Shown: positions 11,656 through 19,857 of the stretch, piece after piece
Layout of the letters: each line of letters starts with the position of its first letter
Numbering within the stretch: position 1 is the stretch's first letter
Assembly: GCA_963674755.2 (NCBI GenBank)
Contig: CAXXVS010000001.1
Span: forward strand, 768,001 to 832,000
DNA length: 64,000 nt
Source of the DNA: Desulfobacterales bacterium
GTDB taxonomy: Bacteria; Desulfobacterota; Desulfobacteria; Desulfobacterales; UBA5852
Reading direction: 5' to 3'
Position numbers and translations under genes: made by a program
Notes under the pieces: generated by a model
What the model was told of the DNA's origin: nothing
Seen by the model: only the letters and a program-made list of their open reading frames with translations
Database searches by the model: none

Positions 11656-11737
11656 CAGGCCGTGGATAAACGGCGCCTCAGACCAGAATGCGGCATTGTA
11701 CCGCGTTGCGGGAGTTCTTATCGGATCATTTGGGCTA

Positions 11738-11820
11738 GGGTGAGTCCCGTCCTCGCGAAACCGCCGCAGCAACCCTGATGGTTGCTGCGTATTTCGCATC
11801 GGGTGGCCGTCCTTTCACCC
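11738..11820. repeat. REP-like hairpin repeat (second copy at about 30590-30660)
   Basis: CCGTCCTCGCGAAAC..AACCCT(G)ATGG(T/C)TGC(T/G)GCGTAT..CGC.TCGG is shared between the two sites. Confidence 0.6.
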
Positions 11821-11864
11821 CGTTGGTTATACGCGATCTGTTAATGCGGCAGGGAAGGATTAAA

Positions 11865-12620
11865 ATGCGGTTTGCAGGTATCGATATCGGTTCGCGCGCC
11901 ATTAAACTGGCGGTGGTGGATGAAGCCGGCAAGGTACTGAAAAGGTCCCGCAGCGATACCGGGTTCGATCCCATGGCGGCGGCCGGGAAGTTGGTCGACG
12001 GAGTGGCTTTCGACCGCATCCTGGCGACGGGCTACGGCCGCAGCCTGTTCGAGATCGCCAGGGAAGCCCCCACGGTGACCGAGATCAAGGCCCATGCCAC
12101 AGGCGCCCGGGCCTGTTTCCCGGAAGCCCGGGCCGTGCTGGACATCGGCGGGCAGGACAGCAAGGCCATCGCCCTGTTCGAGAACGGGAAGGTAAAGAAA
12201 TTCGAGATGAACGACCGCTGTGCGGCCGGCACCGGCAAATTCCTCGAAATCATGGCCCGCACCCTTGGGTTCGGCATCGCGGATTTCGGGCGGGAGGCCC
12301 TGGCGGCCGACGAGGAGCTCAACATCTCCAGCATGTGCACGGTCTTTGCCGAATCCGAGGTCACTTCCCTGATCGCCAAGGGACAGAACCGGCGGGCCAT
12401 CGCCCGGGGCCTCCATGCCAGTGTCATCCGCCGGGCCGCGGGCATGATCAACCGGGTATCGTCAGAGGGCGCTATCGTGTTCACCGGCGGGGTGGCCCAA
12501 AATCCCTGCATGCGAAAGCTGCTGGCGGACAAATTGCACCGCAGGATCCTTGCACCGGACGACCCGCAGATGGTAGGGGCGTTAGGTGCGGCTTTGCTGG
12601 CCGCGGAAGCGGCTCCCTGA
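11865..12620 (+). CDS. ATP-dependent activase/reductase (HgdC/BadFG ASKHA family, DCCP-R-like)
   Basis: GIDIGS, ATGYGR, DIGGQDSK, NDRCAAGTG and SSMCTVFAESE motifs. Confidence 0.92.
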   Translation: MRFAGIDIGSRAIKLAVVDEAGKVLKRSRSDTGFDPMAAAGKLVDGVAFDRILATGYGRSLFEIAREAPTVTEIKAHATGARACFPEARAVLDIGGQDSKAIALFENGKVKKFEMNDRCAAGTGKFLEIMARTLGFGIADFGREALAADEELNISSMCTVFAESEVTSLIAKGQNRRAIARGLHASVIRRAAGMINRVSSEGAIVFTGGVAQNPCMRKLLADKLHRRILAPDDPQMVGALGAALLAAEAAP

Positions 12621-12668
12621 GCGACCGATAACGGCGGTTCAATCGTTTTATGACAGCGAGGTGGAATC

Positions 12669-13265
12669 ATGAAAGAAATCGACGCCCGCGGGCTGGCCTG
12701 TCCGGGGCCTGTGCTGCAAACCAAGGCGGCCCTGGATGAGGGCCAATTGCAGGGGGTGACCGTACTGGTGGACAATGCGGCCTCCCAGCAGAACGTGCAA
12801 CGTTTCCTGGAGTCCCAGGGCTTCGAGACCCGGATCGAGCAGGACGGTGAGGACTACCGGATCATCGGCAGCGGCGCGGCCGCGCCGGCCGACCAGCCTG
12901 AGCCCGGCCCCGCGCCCCAGACCGAAGCCAAGAAAATCATGGTGATGTGCGCCACCGACCGTATGGGGTTCGGGGACGACGAGCTGGGGTTGAAACTGAT
13001 GGTCAATTTTGTACGCACCCTGAAAGAAATGGGCCCCGAGCTCTGGCGGCTGGTTTTCGTGAACAATGGGGTCAAACTCGCCATCGATGGCTCCGCGGTG
13101 CTCGAAGATCTGCAGGCCTTTGAGGAAGACGGCCTGAAGATCTTGGTCTGCGGGACCTGTCTGGATCATTTCGCGCTGCTGGAACGCAAACAGGTGGGCG
13201 AGACCACCAACATGCTGGACATCGTCACGGCCATGCAGCTGGCCGACAAAGTGGTCAGCATCTGA
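12669..13265 (+). CDS. yedF: Sulfurtransferase-like selenium metabolism protein YedF (SirA + DsrE-like domains)
   Basis: IDARGLACPGPV; MGFGDDELG, NNGVKL, CGTCLDHF and TNMLDIV motifs. Confidence 0.9.
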   Translation: MKEIDARGLACPGPVLQTKAALDEGQLQGVTVLVDNAASQQNVQRFLESQGFETRIEQDGEDYRIIGSGAAAPADQPEPGPAPQTEAKKIMVMCATDRMGFGDDELGLKLMVNFVRTLKEMGPELWRLVFVNNGVKLAIDGSAVLEDLQAFEEDGLKILVCGTCLDHFALLERKQVGETTNMLDIVTAMQLADKVVSI

Positions 13266-13394
13266 GGCGGCTAAGGGCGGAATAAAGGATCGGGCCGACT
13301 GGTCTGCCATCGGGAATCCCGCGGGCGACATACCGAAGACACATGGTGGGGGAAGGCTTATCCCTGACTTCGCCCCCCATTGCGAACATGGGAT

Positions 13395-13772
13395 TCAACG
13401 GGCGCGGTGTTTGCCCTGTCTGGCTTTGATGACTTGAATCACTTCGCGGTTGAAGGCGCATTCGCAAAACGCGTCGCAGCGATCGAGCTGATCTTTTTCC
13501 AGACAATAACCGGGGCAGCCTTCCTTGCCGGTCCGCCGCTCGGTATATGTTGTCCCGTTATACAGGCTTATGAATTGTCCTGCGAAAATCGTGAGCGTCG
13601 TGTGGCAGTCCTCTGCCCGGTGATTGAAAAAAAACAGCCCCCTTTCGAGCTTTCCAAAGTCTGCCATATAGCCGCATATCTCAAGGGACGGGTCGTCCAG
13701 GAATTCATCGAGATCAGCCCATTGGGTGCCGCACATCGGGCATGTCTTGAATGGTTTTTTCCCCTGCATCAT
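13395..13772 (-). CDS. Cys-rich hypothetical protein
   Basis: CPMC, H...C, CPGYC and CDAFCEC motifs; GGAG RBS. Confidence 0.65.
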   Translation of the reverse strand: MMQGKKPFKTCPMCGTQWADLDEFLDDPSLEICGYMADFGKLERGLFFFNHRAEDCHTTLTIFAGQFISLYNGTTYTERRTGKEGCPGYCLEKDQLDRCDAFCECAFNREVIQVIKARQGKHRAR

Positions 13773-14028
13773 GGGGGCTCCCGGTCTAAAACAAGAGCGA
13801 TTACCGATTGTCGCCGTGCAACGAACACATCAGCCCATTGACGGCGGCGCCCGGCAGGCATATTTTCAATCAATACATGGAACACGGTAGCAGACTCGCT
13901 CCCGGAAAATCAACATGATTCCTGCCCCAGACGTTGACAAGACCCTGGGCGTGCTGTTAGTAAGCATCCCAATACGGCCTATCTGAAGATAGGTTCATGT
14001 AACACCCAATGTATCCATGATTTCCGAT

Positions 14029-14084
14029 AGCCACGAAGGCGACGGCTTCCCCCGAGGGGATTCCGGCCTTTGTGGTTTTTTTTT
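14029..14084 (+). terminator. Intrinsic-terminator-like hairpin in the leader of DUF3842-cooT
   Basis: AGCCACGAAGGC (14029-14040) pairs with GCCTTTGTGGTT (14066-14077), with inner stem TCCCC/GGGGA and a T9 run. TTGACA lies at 13934. Confidence 0.7.
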
Positions 14085-14102
14085 GAGGGGAGAAGAGCGC
14101 GG

Positions 14103-14522
14103 TTGAGACGCATTTGTGTGATGGACGGCCAGGGCGGGGGGATCGGCGCGACCTTGATCCAGTATCTGAAAGCCCAATTGGGCGAGACGGTGGAGCTGGT
14201 GGCGCTGGGCACCAACGCCATTGCCACCGCCCGGATGTTGAAAGCCGGGGCCAACAAGGGCGCTTCCGGTGAAAACGCCATCTGCCGGACGGTAGCCCGG
14301 GCGGACTGCATCGTGGGTCCGGTGGCCGTCACCTGGGCCAACGCCATGCTGGGAGAGGTAACCCCCCGGATGGCCGAGGCGGTCATGTCCAGCGCGGCCC
14401 CCAAGATTATTCTACCCCTTTCCCAGGAAAATGCGGAATTTGTCGGTCTGACCAAAGAACCGCTCCCCCACCTCGTGGAGGCGGCGGTTGTCAAAATAAA
14501 GGAGGTGATGAGGCATGTGTGA
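14103..14522 (+). CDS. DUF3842 family protein
   Basis: ICVMDGQGGGIG, ALGTNAIAT, GASGENAI and NAMLGEVTP motifs; TTG start after GAGGGG. Confidence 0.85.
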   Translation: MRRICVMDGQGGGIGATLIQYLKAQLGETVELVALGTNAIATARMLKAGANKGASGENAICRTVARADCIVGPVAVTWANAMLGEVTPRMAEAVMSSAAPKIILPLSQENAEFVGLTKEPLPHLVEAAVVKIKEVMRHV

Positions 14523-14712
14523 AGCCAACGCCTATTGGACCCGCGAAAGCGGTGAAGAACTGATCATGGAGGCTGTGGATACCATCGAACCGGAAGGCGA
14601 TGGAAACTGGCGGCTGGTGGGTATTTTCGGCGACCAGAAGAGCATTCGGGGTCGGATCAAGGGCATGCACCTGGTGGATCATAAGATCCTTTTCGAGGTG
14701 CCGGCCGACTGA
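14515..14712 (+). CDS. CooT-family nickel-binding protein
   Basis: MCEANAY...IFGDQK...LVDHKI; AAGGAGG RBS. Confidence 0.85.
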   Translation: MCEANAYWTRESGEELIMEAVDTIEPEGDGNWRLVGIFGDQKSIRGRIKGMHLVDHKILFEVPAD

Positions 14713-14775
14713 GGCACCTATCCCGCCGTCCGGCGAGGGGCCGTTCCGGCATCAGCGCAGAACGGCCCCCGGCGG

Positions 14776-15126
14776 CTATTTGTCGCTGTCACTCTTGCCT
14801 TGCAGGGATTGCTTTTTTTCACGCTTGGCCTTGCGGTGGGACTCGCCCTGGGTGCTCTTTTTGGCCCTGTGATGGATCTCCTTGGGAGCGTTGCGCTTTT
14901 GTTCCCGGGCTTCGGCCTTCCTCTGGTCCAATTCTTCCATTTCGGCAATGCGGTCCATCTGGCGCTTGGCCTGCCGGATGGCGGCCTTGATCTGCCGGAC
15001 AGCCGCATCTTTATGGATCGTGCGTTCGTCTACGCCCTGGGCTTTTAAGGCCTCCAGACGGATGGCCAGCTTCCGGGCGGCCGCCTCTCTTTTGTTTTCA
15101 ATGTCGGGTTTCCTGCGGAGTGTCAT
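14776..15126 (-). CDS. Basic, Lys/Arg-rich coiled-coil hypothetical protein
   Basis: Open frame with GAAGGG RBS; no recognised motif. Confidence 0.55.
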   Translation of the reverse strand: MTLRRKPDIENKREAAARKLAIRLEALKAQGVDERTIHKDAAVRQIKAAIRQAKRQMDRIAEMEELDQRKAEAREQKRNAPKEIHHRAKKSTQGESHRKAKREKKQSLQGKSDSDK

Positions 15127-15576
15127 GTATTGTTTTCCCTTCTAACCGGTCTTCGTTAATACCGCCGGCGGGTCACAAGGGAAGAGGGTGTGTGCTTTTT
15201 CGCGTCCGCCGCAACCCGTGCCCGCCACTTTGCATGTCCATCCAAGCGCGCCAATTGCAATCCATGTGCCGGATAGCGCAGGATCGGCATTGCCGCGGAC
15301 AGCCCCCGGGTCTGACATTCCGCAGTCATCGCGCAGTCGTTGCAATGCCCCGATCCTGATCCTGCTGTCTGACCAAATGCCATTATAACACTTTGGTATA
15401 GTGGGAGAATCCGTCTTCAGTCCGGATTCGGCCGGCCGTTGATTGGCCATTCGGCGGAGACGGTGTTTGGGGCCTCGTGATTTGCCGGGCGCCGGCCAGG
15501 CATGACGACCGAACATGATTGAGACCTGGCGATTCCGATTCCCCGGCCGGATCAGAAATGCGGAGACTGTCTTTTG

Positions 15577-16713
15577 TTAGCCCAGCTGGGCCCGCAATAC
15601 CTGAAAAAGGCGCTCGACGTCCGCATCGGTATTGTAGAGGTGGGGAGCGATCCGGATCGAGTCGCCCCGGGCACTGGCGAAGACATTGGCTTCGGCCAGC
15701 CGGGCGGGGAGATCGGAGGGGAACCCACGGGGGTGCCGCAGTCCGATCAGGTGGGGGGCCCGGTAGGCGGCCGGGGCGACCTCCAGCCCCAGGCCGGCGG
15801 CGCGCTCCGCGATGGCATCGGTGCGGGCCCTCAGGGTTTCGGCGATGGCCACCACCCCCCAGGAGAGAATCTGGCGTAGCGCTTCGCCGGCGATGGGGGC
15901 CAGGTTGAAATTGCTGGCCTCGCCGGCATCGAAGCGTTTGGCCCCGTCCTGGTAGGCTTCCCGGTAGTCCACCAGGCGCGCAAAATCTTCGGCGCCTGCG
16001 CGATTCAACCAGTTCTCCTCCAAAGGATGGCCGTCCTGCCAGCGGGGGGCGATGTAGCAGAACCCGTAGCTGTAAGGGCCCAGGAGCCATTTGTGGGCGG
16101 TGGTGACGAGGAAGTCCGGCTGAATTTGGGACACTGAAAAGGGCATGGCGCCCAGGGACTGGGTGCCGTCCACCACCAGGGCGCTCTGGCAGGCACGGCA
16201 GTGTCGGCCCACGGCGACCAGATCGATGAGGGTGCCGTCCGTCCAGTGACAGTGGGGCAGGGCGGCGACGGCCGTCCGGGGTGTAATGGCGGTCAGCACA
16301 GCCGAAGTCCAGTTGCCGTCTGCCGGCCGCGGCACGCGCACGATGTCAGCCCCGCAGTCCCGCGCCAGGCGGTGCCAGGAATAGATATTGGAAGGGAACT
16401 GGTCCTGGAGGACAACGATGGTCTGGCCCGCTTCGACCGGAAGATTGCGGGCGGCCAACGCGATGCCGTAGGATACCGAGGGGATGATGGCCACATCCTC
16501 CGGTGAAGCTTCCACCAGGGCTGCAAAAAGCCTCCGGTTGGCATTGAGATCGCTGAAGAAGAAGTCGGTGGTCAAGGCCCAGGGCGCTGACTTGCGGGTC
16601 AGCGCGTGTTGTCCGATCGCGGCGGCCGATTTGAGCAGCGGCGAGGTATAGGCGCAATTGAAATAAGCCACGTTCTCCGGTATGGTAAATAATTCACGTT
16701 GGCAGGGAATCAT
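15577..16713 (-). CDS. Aminotransferase class V PLP enzyme
   Basis: YFNCAYTSP, VDGTQSLG, AHKWLLGP (PLP Lys) and IRIAPHLYN motifs. Confidence 0.88.
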   Translation of the reverse strand: MIPCQRELFTIPENVAYFNCAYTSPLLKSAAAIGQHALTRKSAPWALTTDFFFSDLNANRRLFAALVEASPEDVAIIPSVSYGIALAARNLPVEAGQTIVVLQDQFPSNIYSWHRLARDCGADIVRVPRPADGNWTSAVLTAITPRTAVAALPHCHWTDGTLIDLVAVGRHCRACQSALVVDGTQSLGAMPFSVSQIQPDFLVTTAHKWLLGPYSYGFCYIAPRWQDGHPLEENWLNRAGAEDFARLVDYREAYQDGAKRFDAGEASNFNLAPIAGEALRQILSWGVVAIAETLRARTDAIAERAAGLGLEVAPAAYRAPHLIGLRHPRGFPSDLPARLAEANVFASARGDSIRIAPHLYNTDADVERLFQVLRAQLG

Positions 16714-16800
16714 TGCTTCCTCCGATCACATCCTTGATCTTTCGTTTGACGATTTATCGGGTGATGCCTACCTTGGCGGCACCAACGATTCAACCATGGG

Positions 16801-17616
16801 ATGACCATGCACGCTTTGGACAACGTCACAAAACAGGGCCGCCGTTTGCACGGCCGGCTAATCTGGCTTACGGCTGCTTGGGCGATGTTTTTTATTTCGG
16901 CAGGCTGTGCGGCTTCCGGACGGACCGCCCGGCCCGTTGCCCCCCCGATAGGGATGGTGGTCCATGAAAACCAACGGATCGAAGTTCAGCCCTGGATCAA
17001 GGATGAGATCCGGCAGTTTCTCGGCCAGGACGAGGTGCGGGACGCACTGGGCTTCGACCCGCTGTCCTACGAATCCCCCTTCACCGTAACATTGCTCGAG
17101 CAGCGCTTGTCCGATCGGGGCATTTTCCGCATGTTCGGCCGGGCGGCCAACCAGGATGTATTCATCCAGGCCCGTCTTTTCGTGAATCCCGGCCGCCCGG
17201 AAACCGGTTCCGACGCAGCGCAGACCTTGGATCCGGATACCGCGCGCAAGGTGAATATGCTCCGTATCCTCGCCGCCGATCCGGAAATGCTGGTGCTTTA
17301 CCGCAATCTGCTGATCTGCCACGAAGTGGCCCACGTGGGGGAATGGTATGCCCTCACCCAGCGCGGCGCCCTGGTACGCTACACTGGCCATGGCGTCAGC
17401 AACCGGGCGGAGATTCGGATCCTGACGCAGCTGTTGCAGGCCGGCAAGGTACGCCCGGCGGTTTTCACCAAACTCTACCTTTTCTATGCCACCTTCATGA
17501 ACCAGGAGGCCGAACCCGAGGAAGACCTGGCCCGAACCTACCGCCAGGCTCTCGAACCCCCGGGCGCCCTGGCGGGAAGCCGTGACCGGGGTGCGCCCTT
17601 GACGGTCGTGGAGTGA
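16801..17616 (+). CDS. Putative lipoprotein with HExxH motif
   Basis: Hydrophobic stretch ending ISAGC (lipobox-like); ICHEVAH. Confidence 0.55.
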   Translation: MTMHALDNVTKQGRRLHGRLIWLTAAWAMFFISAGCAASGRTARPVAPPIGMVVHENQRIEVQPWIKDEIRQFLGQDEVRDALGFDPLSYESPFTVTLLEQRLSDRGIFRMFGRAANQDVFIQARLFVNPGRPETGSDAAQTLDPDTARKVNMLRILAADPEMLVLYRNLLICHEVAHVGEWYALTQRGALVRYTGHGVSNRAEIRILTQLLQAGKVRPAVFTKLYLFYATFMNQEAEPEEDLARTYRQALEPPGALAGSRDRGAPLTVVE

Positions 17617-17731
17617 CGCCGATCCGTCTTCTACCTTAGGCCCCGGCCCTTCGTACAAAAACGCTTTCGACCGCCACCGCCGCGGCCCTCCTGGACATGC
17701 CTAACGACCGACACCGCCCGAGCCACATAGG

Positions 17732-18646
17732 TCACACCAGCCCCAGCGCGCGGGCCTGTTCCCAGACCCGCCGGGCCAGGCCCACGGTGGCCTGATCCAC
17801 CATACGGCCGTCCACGGCCACGGCGCCTTGTCCGCCGGCGCGGGCTGCCTCGGCCGCCGCCAGCACCTTGCCGGCCCGTTCGATGTCTTCCGCCGAAGGG
17901 ATGAACACGCGGTTGATGGTGTCGATTTGGTCGGGATGAATGGCCCATTTCCCGTCGCATCCCAGGGCACAGGCCATCTGGGCGGAATGTTCGAGCCCGG
18001 CGGCATCCCTGAAATAGCCGTAAGGCGCATCGATGGCCTGGATGCCCCGGGCCTTGGCGGCCATCACGATCCGGCTCATGGCAAAATGCCAGCGGTGTCC
18101 GGGATAGATGGCCTCTTCCTTTTCCCCATGGCCGGAAAGCGACACCAGACGGGCGCCCACCGAGGCGCTGTAGTCGGCGATGCCGAACACCAGGCTTTGC
18201 ACGCGGCGACCGGCCCGGGCGATCTTTTTGACCCGTTCGAGCCCTTGGGCGCTTTCGATGGAAGCTTCGATGCCGATGGGCAGGGGGCGGCCCAGACCCA
18301 GTTCGATGCCGTCCAGCAGGCGTTCCGCAAAATGGATGTCCCCCGGGTGATTGACCTTGGGGATCACCACCGTGGCGAGGTGCTCGCCGGCCGCTTCCGC
18401 CACTTCCAGCAGATCGCGGTAGCCGAAAGGCGTGTCCAGGGCATTGATACGAAAGGACAGCCGGGATGCCGCCTCACCCGCGGTTTGCAGGGTTTCGATG
18501 ACCTGGCGGCGGGCATCCGCTTTCATCTCCAGGGGGACGCTATCTTCCAGGTCGAGGAGGATGTTGTCCGCGTTGGTGGCCAGGGCCTTGGCATGCATTT
18601 TGGCCCTGTGGCCGGGAACCGAGAGGATCGAACGACGGGGCAGCAT
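17732..18646 (-). CDS. CitE/malyl-CoA lyase (HpcH/HpaI aldolase-citrate lyase family)
   Basis: RRSILSVPG, LDLEDSV, FGIADYS, GKWAIHPDQI and DGRMVD motifs. Confidence 0.9.
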   Translation of the reverse strand: MLPRRSILSVPGHRAKMHAKALATNADNILLDLEDSVPLEMKADARRQVIETLQTAGEAASRLSFRINALDTPFGYRDLLEVAEAAGEHLATVVIPKVNHPGDIHFAERLLDGIELGLGRPLPIGIEASIESAQGLERVKKIARAGRRVQSLVFGIADYSASVGARLVSLSGHGEKEEAIYPGHRWHFAMSRIVMAAKARGIQAIDAPYGYFRDAAGLEHSAQMACALGCDGKWAIHPDQIDTINRVFIPSAEDIERAGKVLAAAEAARAGGQGAVAVDGRMVDQATVGLARRVWEQARALGLV

Positions 18647-18889
18647 GGGGTTTGCTCCATTTGCTTCTGGGGTTGCAACGTGGCGGATCCGGGATCCGGA
18701 ACGAGGGCACCATAGCATAGGCGGGAGGTAAACCCTATGGGTTTCTTGCGAGCTTAAATAAGGGTGGACCCGGCCCGCAAAATCGTTTACATCCCAAAGC
18801 CTGCAAAAGACGCTGGCAGCCGGCGGTATCGGCAATGGTGGCGCTCTCGCGTTTCTTCACGTGCAAAGGGAAAAGAGGTATCACGCATC

Positions 18890-19738
18890 ATGATCGGTAC
18901 GGAACTATGGGCCCTGTTATGCGGCCTGGGGTCGGCGGCGGCCTGGGGGGCGGGGGATTTCAGCGGCGGACTGGCCTCCCGGCGCAGCGACGTCTATACG
19001 GTGGTCGTGGTGGCCGAGGCGGTGGGCATTATCCCGCTGTTGGTGTTTGCCCTGATGTGGGGCGGGCCCTTGCCGCCCGTCAGCTACATCCTATGGGCCG
19101 GCCTCGGGGGTGTCGTGGGGGTGGTGGGGCTGCTGGCCTTATACCGGGCCCTCTCGGTCGGGCATATGGGCGTCGTGGCACCGGTGACTTCGGTGGTGGC
19201 GGCGGTTTTGCCCCTGCTGCTGGGCAGTTTCTGGGACGGTCTGCCCACCTTTCTGCAAATGGCCGGCATCCTTGTGGCGCTGGGGGCGGTGTGGCTGCTT
19301 TCCCGTACGGAGGCCGAGCAGCGGTTCGCCTTCGCCGACCTTGGCCTGCCGATCCTGGCCGGGACCGCCTTCGGCCTCTATTTTGTTTGCATCGACCTGG
19401 CGATCGAGGAGACCCTGGTCTGGCCTCTCGTGATTGCCCGTCTGGCGGCCGTCGCCGTCTTGCTGGTGTATCTGGCCGTGGGCCCGCGGCGGGCGATGCC
19501 CTCCCGGAACCTGTTGCCCTTGTTGGTCATGGCCGGGCTGTGCGATGTGGCCGGCAACGCCTTCTTTGCCCTGGCGACCCAGATCGGACGCCTGGACGTC
19601 GCAGCCGTGCTGGCCTCTTTCTATCCCGGAACCACGGCTATTCTGGCCTGGATCGTTCTGAAGGAGCGGCTCAACCGTACCCAGTGGATGGGGGTCTCGG
19701 CAGCATTGGCGGCGCTCATCCTCATTGCCCTCCCCTAA
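18890..19738 (+). CDS. DMT/EamA family transporter
   Basis: About 10 TM helices; WGAGDFSGG and LKERL motifs. Confidence 0.88.
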   Translation: MIGTELWALLCGLGSAAAWGAGDFSGGLASRRSDVYTVVVVAEAVGIIPLLVFALMWGGPLPPVSYILWAGLGGVVGVVGLLALYRALSVGHMGVVAPVTSVVAAVLPLLLGSFWDGLPTFLQMAGILVALGAVWLLSRTEAEQRFAFADLGLPILAGTAFGLYFVCIDLAIEETLVWPLVIARLAAVAVLLVYLAVGPRRAMPSRNLLPLLVMAGLCDVAGNAFFALATQIGRLDVAAVLASFYPGTTAILAWIVLKERLNRTQWMGVSAALAALILIALP

Positions 19739-19857
19739 GCGATTCCCCTGCAAGGTCGGTTGCCCCAATCGTTTCATCGCAGCAACCCTATATAGCCTCC
19801 CCGGTGGACATGACCGCAGCATGTTGTGACCGCCGGGTGGACATGCCGCCGTCTGGT

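Noticed and set aside
13263..13275. Further Sec read-through at TGA stops (yedF, cooT, activase, disulfide reductase)
   Set aside because: The proteins appear complete at those stops, and none falls at a conserved Cys position.
13950..14005. NikR operator or cobalamin riboswitch before DUF3842-cooT
   Set aside because: Only one good half-site (GTAACAC) is present and no B12-box is recognisable.
15577..16713. Selenocysteine lyase / cysteine desulfurase for the Se cluster
   Set aside because: The C-terminal region (ASARGDSIR) lacks the catalytic Cys loop of SufS/IscS enzymes, and the gene is outside the cluster on the opposite strand.
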